Notes: a model not told the origin generated them from the letters alone. A DNA stretch of 26,926 bases from an uncultured Myxococcaceae bacterium (GCA_964522795.1 CAZFXD010000031.1:1-26926), one strand, 5' to 3'. Shown: positions 14,780 through 23,795, numbered from the stretch's first letter. A program made the numbers and translations.

Positions 14780-15781
14780 GTGAGAACGTCGCTCGCCATC
14801 GCCTGCCTGCTTGCGCTCGCCGCGTGCGCCGAGAAGGTCGACAAGGACGCCAAGAAGCGCATCTTTTCGCCCGAAGACCCGCCCCAGGCCGTGGCGCGGG
14901 CCAGCGAGAAGCTGCCCCCGGAGGACGTGGCGGACAAGCCGGCCGTGGCGCGGCGGGTGCTCGGCATGGGCGCCGCGGAGGCCACCGAGCGCATCGGGGC
15001 CCACGAGTACTCGGCCACGCTGACCTTCGAGTGGATGGCGGAGTCGAAGACCTTGCGGCTGCAGGAGACGCGGAAGATTCTGGCCGGCCCCGGCGGGGTG
15101 GAGGGTGACTTTCACGGCATCGTCGACAACAGCCACGACCAGGGGCTGGAGGTGCTGCGCGTGCACCAGGACGTGTTCGCCAAGAGCAAGTACGGCAAGT
15201 TTCGGCAACGCAAACGCGACCGCGGCATGGCGGAGCGCATGCGCGAGCAGATTTACGGGGCGATTCCCGACGTCGACGCGCTCTTCCTCGACCGCATGAA
15301 GTTGACCGCGCAGGGGACGACCAGCGTCGAGAGCCGCACGGCCTGGAAGTACACGGTGCAGCTTGGCCCTGAGCAGCCCAAAGCGGCCGACGCGCTCCCG
15401 CCGCGCGCCGCGCCCAAGAACGGCGTCGACGACACCACGCTCCGCCGGCTGCACTTCTACGACGCGCGCGTACCGAAGACGCTGTCTGGCACCGTGCTGG
15501 TCGACGCCAAGACATCGGTGGTGCTGAAGGCGAACCTCGACGGGCGACTGACCGTCTCCAAAGATGGAAAAGACTCTGAGCTTCACCTCGTGCTCGACGC
15601 GCAGCTGTCCAACATCGGGCGAGATCCGCTCCTCAAGACGCCCAAAGAATTTCTCCCCGACGAAGACAAACCGTCCGGAATCGCCGATGCGCTGGAAAGA
15701 TTCGGCATTCCGAAGCGTGGCCGAGACGGCGGCGTACAGCTGCCGACATCTCCCACTTCTGACGACGACGACACACCCTGA
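14780..15781 (+). CDS. Hypothetical lipoprotein
   Basis: GTG start. Signal peptide MRTSLAIACLLALAACAEK with lipobox LAAC. 333 aa with coding-like composition and an Asp-rich C-terminus. Divergent from the vWA lipoprotein. Confidence 0.65.
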   Translation: MRTSLAIACLLALAACAEKVDKDAKKRIFSPEDPPQAVARASEKLPPEDVADKPAVARRVLGMGAAEATERIGAHEYSATLTFEWMAESKTLRLQETRKILAGPGGVEGDFHGIVDNSHDQGLEVLRVHQDVFAKSKYGKFRQRKRDRGMAERMREQIYGAIPDVDALFLDRMKLTAQGTTSVESRTAWKYTVQLGPEQPKAADALPPRAAPKNGVDDTTLRRLHFYDARVPKTLSGTVLVDAKTSVVLKANLDGRLTVSKDGKDSELHLVLDAQLSNIGRDPLLKTPKEFLPDEDKPSGIADALERFGIPKRGRDGGVQLPTSPTSDDDDTP

Positions 15782-16040
15782 TGTGACTGCGATGTCCCAC
15801 AAGGTGGGATCTGGCGACCACACTTCGCGTCCGGACGGCGACGCTCCACTGGAATAACTGCCCGTAAGCACGTGTTCGAGCGAGTGGCTCACACGTTGCT
15901 ACGTACGTGAGTGTGGAGACCCTGCGCCCTGTCCCCACCTGAGGTCTGGGTGAGGCCCGCTGGAGGTATCAGTAGGCCAGTAGAGGAGTCTGGGCGCGTG
16001 GGTATCCAATTCGATGGAAAATTCCCACGAGGCCAAAAAA

Positions 16041-16068
16041 TTGCCACGCGAGGTTCGGAGCGTACAGT
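16041..16068 (+). promoter_or_regulatory. Candidate sigma-70-type promoter TTGCCA-N16-TACAGT for the small gene at 16139
   Basis: -35 TTGCCA at 16041-16046, 16-nt spacer, -10-like TACAGT at 16063-16068. This places a putative TSS ~65 nt upstream of the ATG. It sits in the AT-richer island and overlaps a direct repeat AAATT(C/G)CCACG(N)AGG at 16019-16053. Confidence 0.25.
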
Positions 16069-16138
16069 GCCCAACAGTCGCGGGTCTGCCGCGTCTCACA
16101 TGGCCGGTTGTTCAGTAACTCACCTGGAGGAAAATTCG

Positions 16139-16411
16139 ATGGAGCGGAAGAGCGGGAGCACGGTGGCGGTGACGCAGATTGGAACGGGAACCACGCGCGA
16201 GTCGACCACGACCCGTCACGCGGTCGACCCGTCGGCGCCACTGCCCAGGGCGGCGGGTGACAACGATGAACTTCACGACGAGTTGCTGTTGATTGAGATG
16301 AAACTGCTGCGCGCCTGGAAGATGCGGGCGAAGGGCACGATGCCGGCGCCCCCCAAAGCGCCCAAGTCGAAGATTGTGGGTGCCCTGAAGCAAAAGAAGG
16401 CCAAGGCGTAG
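16139..16411 (+). CDS. Small hypothetical protein (90 aa) with a Thr-rich N-terminus and a Lys-rich basic C-terminal tail
   Basis: ATG at 16139 with SD GGAGG at 16126-16130 (8-nt spacing). Third-position GC is high across the ORF. The tail is PPKAPKSKIVGALKQKKAKA. The ORF-track frame 15911-16411 contains it, but the sequence upstream of 16139 is AT-richer and non-coding-like. Confidence 0.5.
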   Translation: MERKSGSTVAVTQIGTGTTRESTTTRHAVDPSAPLPRAAGDNDELHDELLLIEMKLLRAWKMRAKGTMPAPPKAPKSKIVGALKQKKAKA

Positions 16412-16439
16412 GTTTCGCCTCAAGGCGCGTGTGGCCCGG

Positions 16440-17975
16440 TCAAGCCCCCAGGGACTCGACCAGGGCCCGCGCCACCGGCCGGAGGGACAACGCCCCCGGC
16501 GCAAGCTCTGCACAGAACGCCTCCGCGGTGAGCGGCTCGCCCGAATCGAGCTTGTCGGCCAGGAATCGTCCCGTGGCGGGGTTGCGGAAGTAGTCCTCGT
16601 TGAAACGCTGACAGAACGAATCTCGGAGGTGGGCGCCCACGGCCCACCGGCGAAGCGCGCCGAACCGGTCAAGTGAGCCGAGGGGCGTGCACTCCAGGGC
16701 GAACAGCGCCGGGGCGAACCGGGCGTGGTACGCGCGGTGGAGCTGCTCCACGTAGGCCTGCGACGCTTTCCCCCGGTCGGCCGAGGCGACGGCCAGCCTC
16801 CGCGGGGCCACCAGCGCGGCCTCGTGTCGGAGCGCGCTCAGGGTGAAGAACGCGGCGTGGCGGGCGGCTTCGCGGGCCTGGCTCTTGGTGAAGCGCAGGG
16901 CCCGGGACAGCCAGAGCGGCTGCCAGGTGAGGTCGGCGAAGGCGGCCCCCAGCCCACCGCGCAGCGTGGCGTCGCCGAGGCGGCGCTTCAAGACCGAGGC
17001 GTTTCGGCCCACGCGGGAGAGCCAGGCCGCCTCGCCGTGCGCCTCGAGGAGCGCGCGCGTCATCCACAGCCCGCGGTCGGTACGGGCGATGAAGCGAACC
17101 TCGTCCGGAACCGCGATGGCCACCGCCGCGGCGGCCACCGGGCGCAGGGGGTTGGTCTCCCGGTCGAAGAGCACCCGGCCTGAGATGGGGGGAAGGCCCG
17201 CGTCTTCAATGGTGCGGAGCGCGGCGTCCCACGCTTCGCGTGGCCCCACGTTCTCGAACTGGAGCCCGGCCTCGGTCACCCGGCGCGTCTCGAACCACTT
17301 CAGCTCCCCCGGCCGCTTCTCCTGGCCCGCCTTCTTGTGCACGTAGGCGAAGAAGTCGAAGAACGCGTCGTCGGTCGCCGCCAGAAAGTCGTCCGCCTCT
17401 TTGGACCAGGCGCCCAGGTCGATGCCCGTGGCCTCCTGGGCGAAGGCGTCGAAGGTCTGAAACCCACGCTTCCCGGCGAAGTCGTTGGCCTCTCCCAGCG
17501 CGTGCGACGTCGCCGAGGTGCGCGTCTCCAGCGCGGTCTCGATGGCCTGCGCGGTGAGCTCGGGGCTGGTCACCTGCGACGCGAGGAGGACCGCCACCTC
17601 GAGGGGCAACTCGGTGGCGCCCGCCGGGACCATGGTGGTGGCGCCGAAGGAGAGGGCGCCGCGGGTGTGGCCAGCCAACGCCGCGCGAAGGGCCGCTTCG
17701 AGCAGGAACTTCTTCAGGCGCGCCAGCGTGTCGACCCGTACGTCGGTGGCGTCGAGTCTGGCCAACGACTCCAGCACCCGTGCGTACACCTCGCGGTCGG
17801 AGATGGCCGGGACCGCGGCGAGCACGTCGTCCTCAGACGGCGTGGGTCGCTGCCCGGCCAGGCGACGCGCGCGCGTGGCGCCGTATTCCCCGAGGACGCC
17901 GTCGAGAACCTCCACCAACGCGTTGAGCGAGGTCGTCACGACCGCTATGAGGGAAGAGTCGGGCCCACAAGTCAA
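16440..17975 (-). CDS. Hypothetical protein (~500 aa)
   Basis: Long ORF with balanced composition and no recognisable catalytic motif. The annotated start is a TTG lying 8 bp from the divergent rluA-like ATG. An in-frame GTG at 17939 is an alternative start. Confidence 0.55.
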   Translation of the reverse strand: MTCGPDSSLIAVVTTSLNALVEVLDGVLGEYGATRARRLAGQRPTPSEDDVLAAVPAISDREVYARVLESLARLDATDVRVDTLARLKKFLLEAALRAALAGHTRGALSFGATTMVPAGATELPLEVAVLLASQVTSPELTAQAIETALETRTSATSHALGEANDFAGKRGFQTFDAFAQEATGIDLGAWSKEADDFLAATDDAFFDFFAYVHKKAGQEKRPGELKWFETRRVTEAGLQFENVGPREAWDAALRTIEDAGLPPISGRVLFDRETNPLRPVAAAAVAIAVPDEVRFIARTDRGLWMTRALLEAHGEAAWLSRVGRNASVLKRRLGDATLRGGLGAAFADLTWQPLWLSRALRFTKSQAREAARHAAFFTLSALRHEAALVAPRRLAVASADRGKASQAYVEQLHRAYHARFAPALFALECTPLGSLDRFGALRRWAVGAHLRDSFCQRFNEDYFRNPATGRFLADKLDSGEPLTAEAFCAELAPGALSLRPVARALVESLGA

Positions 17976-17983
17976 CGAACGAA

Positions 17984-18850
17984 ATGAAGCGACGCACGGT
18001 GATGGGGTTGGAGGGTGAGTCGCTCAGGGACGCGGTGGCTCGGGCCTTGCGGTGCTCCGCCGAAGACGCCACGGCGATGGTGGAGCGCGGCGGCGCCTAC
18101 CTGGAAGGCAAGCGGTGTCGCACGCCGCACGCTCGGGCGGCGTCGCTCCGGGTGATGGTGGTGGGAGAGCTCGGCGTGCCCCAGGCGCTCCCCGCCATGA
18201 CGTTGCTCTTCGAAGACGCGGTGTTGGTCGCCTTCAACAAGCCCCCGGGCGTCGTGTCGCAGCCCACGCCCAGCGCGAGCGAAGAGAGCGTGGTGGACAT
18301 CGCCTCGCGCCAGTTGGGCGGCCGGCCCCTCACGCTGCTGCACCGGCTCGACCGCGAGACGAGCGGGGTCATTCTCCTGTGCCAGTCCGACGTCTCCGTC
18401 CCGGCGCTGATGGCGGCGTTCCGCGAAGGCGACGTGAAGAAGGAATATGTCGCGCTGGCCCGGGGACCGCTGCCCGACAGCGGTGAAGTCTCTGTCCACC
18501 TCGCGCGTGACACTGCCCACAAGGGGCGGTGGAAGGTGGCGGGTCATCAGAACGAGATCGACTCGCACACACGGTTCCGCGTGGAGCGACGGCGGGGCGA
18601 GGTGTCAGAGGTGGCGCTGTTCCCGTCGACCGGTCGCACGCACCAACTGCGGGTGCACCTCTCGTCACTCGGCGCGCCCATCGTGGGCGATGTGCTGTAC
18701 GGCGGGGAGCGGTCGGACGCGGTGGACATGGCGGCCGGAACCGCGCCCCGGTGCCTCTTGCACGCTTCGAAGATCGAGATTCTGGGAAGAAAGATTGAGG
18801 CCCCCCTCTGGCCGGACATGGAAGAGGCGAGGGCCCAGCTGGCGGGTTGA
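17984..18850 (+). CDS. RluA-family 23S rRNA/tRNA pseudouridine synthase (S4-like N-terminal domain plus catalytic domain)
   Basis: Catalytic motif HRLDRETSGVILL (the HRLD...TSG signature with Asp nucleophile). There is an N-terminal S4-like region and a C-terminal QLRVHL...PIVGD segment. Confidence 0.85.
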   Translation: MKRRTVMGLEGESLRDAVARALRCSAEDATAMVERGGAYLEGKRCRTPHARAASLRVMVVGELGVPQALPAMTLLFEDAVLVAFNKPPGVVSQPTPSASEESVVDIASRQLGGRPLTLLHRLDRETSGVILLCQSDVSVPALMAAFREGDVKKEYVALARGPLPDSGEVSVHLARDTAHKGRWKVAGHQNEIDSHTRFRVERRRGEVSEVALFPSTGRTHQLRVHLSSLGAPIVGDVLYGGERSDAVDMAAGTAPRCLLHASKIEILGRKIEAPLWPDMEEARAQLAG

Positions 18851-18855
18851 ACCCG

Positions 18856-19509
18856 CTACATCGTGCCCACGATGAACCAGGTGAGAAAGTGCGCGATGGC
18901 CGCGCCCAGCAGCGACCCGCTCACCTTGCGCGCCCCGCCGTAGATGAGGCCGCAGGCGAATTTTCCAATCAGCGCCGGCGGTCGGAAGTTCAGGTGGTAC
19001 ACGGAGAAGAGGGCCGCCTGCAGCACCCACGCCGGCCAGAAGGGCATGCGCTTCTCGAGCGCTTTGGTGAGGTTCCCCCGGAAGAGCGACTCCTCAATCA
19101 CGCCCACCTGGGCGCCGATGCACCCCAGGAGCAGGCGCTTGGACCAGGTGGGTTCGGTGAGGCCGCCCGCGATTTCACTCGCGGACACGCCGAGCACCGC
19201 CAGCAACCCCAGCGTGAACCCGACCGCGATGGCGCCGCCGACCAGCCCCACCACCACCGTTCGACCGAGCCCGTCGAAGTTCCAGCCGAGCTCGCGCCAG
19301 GTCTGTTTCTGGAACTTGACGCTCCCCAGCCACACCAGAAAGACGATGCCGTAGAAGGCCCCGCCGGCCACGAAGAGGAACGAGGTGACTGAGCCGTTGA
19401 AGGGGTCCGTGCCCTCGGGGAACAGCCGGGGGAGAATCTGTCCAAACCCGATGATGAAGACGCCCACAATCTGCAGGACGATGAGGACGAAGGCGATGAG
19501 AAGGTCCAT
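18856..19509 (-). CDS. CPBP-family (CAAX protease/Abi) intramembrane metalloprotease
   Basis: 217 aa, multi-TM. Motif 1 is EESLFRG (EExxxR), motif 2 is FSVYHL (FxxxH) and motif 3 is AIAHF. It starts 9 bp after the GT2 stop, which implies an operon. Confidence 0.8.
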   Translation of the reverse strand: MDLLIAFVLIVLQIVGVFIIGFGQILPRLFPEGTDPFNGSVTSFLFVAGGAFYGIVFLVWLGSVKFQKQTWRELGWNFDGLGRTVVVGLVGGAIAVGFTLGLLAVLGVSASEIAGGLTEPTWSKRLLLGCIGAQVGVIEESLFRGNLTKALEKRMPFWPAWVLQAALFSVYHLNFRPPALIGKFACGLIYGGARKVSGSLLGAAIAHFLTWFIVGTM

Positions 19510-19518
19510 GCGGGACTT

Positions 19519-20529
19519 TTAGGCGATGCAGAGAAACTCGTCGCCTTCGATGAAGCCTTTGGAGCGCAGCAGGGCGCGAATCTCCTCGCGGGCGCCTTTG
19601 GCCCCCACCGCGCCCACTGCGAACGCGTCGGTCTTCACCAGCGCCTCCGGCGACACCACCGGCGCTCCAGCGATGTGCTGCCCGACTTTCCGTGGGTTGA
19701 CGTCCACGAAGTGTCGGGTCCGAACGCCCCGTGCGGCGAGCAGGCCCGACACCTGCTTTCCGATCTCGGTGGCGCCAACCATCACCACCTCGCGGCCTGG
19801 GCCCACCGCTCGGGCCAGCTCGTCGGCCTTGAGCGCGTGGTGGCGGTCAAAGCCGTAGCGGGGATCGCGGCGCGTCAGGCGATGGTCGTGGTCGCGCCAC
19901 TCGTGCAGCACTGGCGCGATGCACTGGAGGCGGTGCCCGGCGCGGAGCAGGCGCAACCACAGGTCCCAATCTTCAGGGACGTCGCCCTCGCGATACCCGG
20001 CCACGCCCCGCAGGGCCTCGGCGCGCAGCGTGACGCTGGGGTGGCACAGCGGACTCTCCACGAGGCGGTTCAAGAAGAGCGTGTGCGGGTCGGTCTGCGC
20101 GTTGAGCCACGCGGCGTACGCCTCGAGGTTGGGGCTGGCCGGCGCCGCCGTGCCAATCACGCGCACCTGCGTGCCCACGCCGGCCAGCGTCGCGTCGCGC
20201 TCCAGCGCGGCGACGCTTCGTTCCAGGCGCGCCGGCAGACTGATGTCGTCGCCGTCCATGCGCGCGATGTAGGGCGCCCGGCAGTGTCGAAGCCCGTGGT
20301 TGAGCGCCGCCACCAGGCCCTGGTGCGGCTGTCGCACCACCGTCACGCGCGGGTCTTCAGCCGCGGCGCGTTCGGCCACGGCGGCGGTGGAATCGGTGGA
20401 GCCGTCGTCCACCACGATCACCTCCAGCGCGCGCAGCGACTGGGTGCGCATCGACTGCAGCGCAAACGTCAAGGTGCCCGCGCAGTTCCACGCGGGCAGC
20501 AACACCGAAACAGTGGGGGTTCCTTTCAC
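19519..20529 (-). CDS. Family-2 glycosyltransferase fused to a C-terminal PglD/NeuD N-terminal-like Rossmann domain
   Basis: GT2 motifs VSVLLPAWNCAGTLTFAL...EVIVVDDGSTD and ARMDGDD. The C-terminal ~85 aa are REVVMVGATEIGKQVSGLLAARGVRTRHFVDVNPRKVGQHIAGAPVVSPEAL...DAFAVGAVGAKGAREEIRALLRSKGFIEGDEFLC. This resembles the N-terminal domain of PglD/NeuD-type sugar acyltransferases and the equivalent domain of WbaP/PglC-type sugar transferases. I moved the start to the GTG at 20529; the ORF-track N-terminal extension is Arg-rich and overlaps the divergent gene. Confidence 0.7.
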   Translation of the reverse strand: MKGTPTVSVLLPAWNCAGTLTFALQSMRTQSLRALEVIVVDDGSTDSTAAVAERAAAEDPRVTVVRQPHQGLVAALNHGLRHCRAPYIARMDGDDISLPARLERSVAALERDATLAGVGTQVRVIGTAAPASPNLEAYAAWLNAQTDPHTLFLNRLVESPLCHPSVTLRAEALRGVAGYREGDVPEDWDLWLRLLRAGHRLQCIAPVLHEWRDHDHRLTRRDPRYGFDRHHALKADELARAVGPGREVVMVGATEIGKQVSGLLAARGVRTRHFVDVNPRKVGQHIAGAPVVSPEALVKTDAFAVGAVGAKGAREEIRALLRSKGFIEGDEFLCIA

Positions 20530-20552
20530 GTCCTGTAGACTCCAGCCCGACG

Positions 20553-23500
20553 ATGGCTCGGAAGTCACGCTCGAAGGAGATTCCCATTCCGCGCGAACCC
20601 GGTCGCGAAGAGACCGTGCGAGCGGCTGCCTGGGGGCCCGACGCGCCGGTCGACGCCGCGTCGCTGGTGGCGGCCCATCAGGCCATCGCCGGGCGGCTGT
20701 TGCGAGAAGGGGCGACCGCTCGTGCCCTCGCCGAGCTGGTTCGCGCCAGTCGCGAAGTCCCCATGAGCGGAGCCCTCGCGTCATCGCTCGTCCGCGTGGC
20801 GGTGCGCGCGGGAACGCCGCCGGTGGTGATGAACCTCTTGAAGCGCGGCCTGGAGGAAGTGGAGGGGAAGGAGAAGCGGGCGGTTCGCCGCGCCATGGTG
20901 CGCCTGTTCCGCAAGACGCACGAGCGCGCGGGCGCCCTGGAACAATTGGAGGCGCTCCTGGAGGAGTTCCCCGACGACATCGCCAGCCGCCGCGTCTACG
21001 ACACGCTGCTCGAAGAAGAACAACGTTGGCCCGCGCTCGAGACGTCGCTGGCCCACGAGGCCGCGGTGCTCTCGGCGGCGGGCCGTTTTCGCCGAGCCGC
21101 TCGCTGCGCGCTCCGCCGCGCCGAGGTTCTGGAGCAGCGCATGGAGGCCCCGGACCGGGCGGCCGCGCAGTACCAGGAGGCCTCGCGCTGGGCCGAGACC
21201 GCGCACGAGCCGACCGCCGCGCTCTTCAATGCGCTCCTGGCTGTCCGGGCCTGGGCCAAGTCGGGCCGCCAGGGCGCGGCCTTCAACGACGCGGTGATGC
21301 GTGCCCGGGACCTGGGGGAGCAGCAGTCGCAGACCGGCCGGGTGGAAGCCTTCTTGAACGATGTCCTCGACGATGGCGCCATCGTCCCCAGCCGCACCGG
21401 CCGCGCCACCACCCACCAGCAGTTGGTCGCCGTGGCGGAGATTGCGCCTCGCACCAAGACGCAGCCGCCCGAAGTCGGCGCGCTCCTCCGCGCCGCGCTC
21501 GACGAGGCGCCCGCCACCAACGTCTCGCGGCAACTCGAAGCCCACCTCATCGGTCGAGGCGATTGGCGCGCGCTGGCGCAGTACTACCGCGACGTGGCGC
21601 GCGACACGACCGACGACGCCCGCGTGGTGGAGACTCTGGAGAAGCTGGCCGAGGTCCTGGAGTCTGAGCTGCACGACCCCAAAGGTGCGGCCGAAGTCTA
21701 CGCGCAGATTGCGTCGCGCACCGGCGACCCTCAGGCCCACGCCGAGCGACTGCGGCTGCTCAAGCAGGGAACGGACTCAGGCGCGGTCCGCGAAGCGCTG
21801 GACGTGGCGGTGGAAGACGCGCGCGGCGACCGCGCCAAAGCGGCGGCGCTGGTGCGGCGGGGAGAGGACAGCGCGGCGCAGCGCCAGGTCGGTCCCGCAC
21901 GGCGCGATTTTGAAGAGGCGCTTCGCCTCGATCCGGCGCACGTTCCGGCGGCGTTGGGGTTGCTCGAGTTGAGCCCGGCCATGGCGACGTGGGAGCGGGC
22001 CCGCGCGCTGACGGAGAAGTTGCCCAAACGGCACGCCGATCGCGCCGACGCCTTTCGCCGCCTCGCGCGCACGGCCTCCGAGTCACTCGAGCGCTCCGAG
22101 CTGGCGCTGTGGGCGTGGAACGGGCTGCTCGAAGAGGTGGCGGACGACGAAGAGGGGCTCATGGCCTCGGTCCGCGTGGCCTCCGATGTGGAGGACGGCG
22201 CCGCGCGCATCGCGGCCTATGAGCGCTACCTCAAGGCCCGGCCCAGGGGCCCGCTCTCGCAGCGCACCTGGCGCAACCTGGCGTACGAATTCGCCGAGGC
22301 TGGGCAGGCGCAGCGCGAGCTGGAGACGCTCAAGCTGGCGGCCCGTTTTGAACCCAGTCACCACGAAGTCTGGGCGCTGTTGGCCCAACGAATGATTGAG
22401 CGCGGTCGCCCGAAAGACGCGGTCGTCGCGTATGAACATCGCGCCACCGCGCTCGAGTCTGACCGGGAGCGGCAGCGGGCGTGGCTGGAGCTGGCGGCGT
22501 TCTGCCGGACGACGCTCAAAGACCCGACCCGGGCCGCGGCCTACGAAGAGAAGGCGCGACGGGTGGGCCCGATCGAGGTCGCGCCGGCGCTGGGGGAAGA
22601 GCCAGCGTCGCCCACGCTGACGCGACTCGCCGCGCTGGCCAAGAAGGCCGACAAGGCGCCGAGGCGCGCCCCGGCCCGGACGGCGCCGCGCCCGCCGCCT
22701 CCCGTGGCGGACCTGCGCGGCGACGATGAATGGGAGCCGTCGGCCCTCGACCACGACGACTCCGACGAGGAAATCGTCGAACTGCAGGAAGAAGACATCA
22801 TCACCGGCGAGTCGCTGGCCGAAGACGAACCCGTACGCCCGGGCAAGTCGAAGGGAGCGAGGAAGTCGCAGGAGCGCGCCCTGTTGTTCGAGCGGGTGAA
22901 GGCCAACCCCCTCGACATCGAAGCGCACCGCGCCCTGATGGAGGTGTTCCAGTCGCGAGGCGACGGGCCGCGGGTGCAGATGTTCGCCGACATCGTGGCG
23001 GCGCTCTCGGGCTCAGGCGCCCGCCGGGCCATTCCGCCGCGAGGGGTGGTGACCCCAGCCGACTTCTCGCTCCTGTTTCACCCCTGGCTGCTCTCCAAAG
23101 AGGCCGAGCTGATTTTGAAGGCGTCACCCGCGCTGGAGCGACTGTTGCCGGTTCCGCGCGACGCGCCGGCGCTGCGGCCGCTGTCGCAGGCCGAAGGCCC
23201 CGGCGTTCGCTCCACCTCGACGGCCGTGCTGGAGGCGCAGCGACTGTTCGGCGCCGAGGCGCCCCGGCCGCTGGTGTCGCTGCATCGAGGCCCCCCGTTG
23301 ATGATTGAACCGGGGCCCAGGGGGCCGATGCTGCTGGTGGGGACCGCCGCGGTGGAGCGCCAGCTCCAGGAGGCCGAGCTTCGTTTCTTCGCCGGTCGGG
23401 CTGTCTTCACCTACGCCGCGGGCCTGCTCCCCCTGCGCGCATTTCAGAAAGCGCAGCTGCACAAGGCGCTGCGCCAGCTCGCGGCCGCGCTCGATGAGCA

Positions 23501-23792
23501 GGGCAGCGTTCGCGTCTTCGAGAAGGCGCTGCGGGCCATTCCGCGGCCGACGTTGCTGGAGATTCGAAAGCGCATGGAGCGCGAGGGGCGTTCAGTCCGG
23601 TGGGAGAGACTGCAGGAGGGCGCCCGTCACACGGCCAATCGCGCCGGGTTCTTGCTCGCCGGGGGCCTGCTGCCGTCGCTCCGCGCGCTCAAGGCCAAGC
23701 GGGCTCGCTCGACTGAAATCGTGGAACTGGTGCGCTTCGCGGCCAGTCAGCGCTTCTTCGAACTCGACCTGCGACTGCGGCAGGAGGCATAG
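20553..23792 (+). CDS. Large alpha-helical repeat (TPR-like) protein, hypothetical (1079 aa)
   Basis: Continuous ORF rich in Ala/Leu/Glu/Arg with helical-repeat character. An acidic linker (DEWEPSALDHDDSDEEIVELQEEDIITGESLAEDE) follows a Pro/Arg-rich stretch. No enzymatic motif. The start may be downstream of 20553. Confidence 0.6.
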   Translation: MARKSRSKEIPIPREPGREETVRAAAWGPDAPVDAASLVAAHQAIAGRLLREGATARALAELVRASREVPMSGALASSLVRVAVRAGTPPVVMNLLKRGLEEVEGKEKRAVRRAMVRLFRKTHERAGALEQLEALLEEFPDDIASRRVYDTLLEEEQRWPALETSLAHEAAVLSAAGRFRRAARCALRRAEVLEQRMEAPDRAAAQYQEASRWAETAHEPTAALFNALLAVRAWAKSGRQGAAFNDAVMRARDLGEQQSQTGRVEAFLNDVLDDGAIVPSRTGRATTHQQLVAVAEIAPRTKTQPPEVGALLRAALDEAPATNVSRQLEAHLIGRGDWRALAQYYRDVARDTTDDARVVETLEKLAEVLESELHDPKGAAEVYAQIASRTGDPQAHAERLRLLKQGTDSGAVREALDVAVEDARGDRAKAAALVRRGEDSAAQRQVGPARRDFEEALRLDPAHVPAALGLLELSPAMATWERARALTEKLPKRHADRADAFRRLARTASESLERSELALWAWNGLLEEVADDEEGLMASVRVASDVEDGAARIAAYERYLKARPRGPLSQRTWRNLAYEFAEAGQAQRELETLKLAARFEPSHHEVWALLAQRMIERGRPKDAVVAYEHRATALESDRERQRAWLELAAFCRTTLKDPTRAAAYEEKARRVGPIEVAPALGEEPASPTLTRLAALAKKADKAPRRAPARTAPRPPPPVADLRGDDEWEPSALDHDDSDEEIVELQEEDIITGESLAEDEPVRPGKSKGARKSQERALLFERVKANPLDIEAHRALMEVFQSRGDGPRVQMFADIVAALSGSGARRAIPPRGVVTPADFSLLFHPWLLSKEAELILKASPALERLLPVPRDAPALRPLSQAEGPGVRSTSTAVLEAQRLFGAEAPRPLVSLHRGPPLMIEPGPRGPMLLVGTAAVERQLQEAELRFFAGRAVFTYAAGLLPLRAFQKAQLHKALRQLAAALDEQGSVRVFEKALRAIPRPTLLEIRKRMEREGRSVRWERLQEGARHTANRAGFLLAGGLLPSLRALKAKRARSTEIVELVRFAASQRFFELDLRLRQEA

Positions 23793-23795
23793 CCC

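Noticed and set aside
14744-15892. 382-aa and 253-aa minus-strand ORFs antisense to the lipoprotein gene 14780-15781
   Set aside because: The plus-strand frame gives a clean lipoprotein signal peptide and balanced composition. The antisense translations are Arg/Gly/Pro-rich.
16015-16119. Possible leader peptide or uORF upstream of the small gene at 16139
   Set aside because: On re-reading the sequence the ATG at 16015 is not in the frame I first assumed. There is no short in-frame ORF with an RBS there, and the region has low third-position GC, so it is non-coding.
20300-21740. 455-aa plus-strand and 319-aa minus-strand ORFs overlapping the start of the TPR-like gene
   Set aside because: Alternate frames within a 3.2-kb continuous ORF. 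The products are Arg/Gly/Pro low-complexity.
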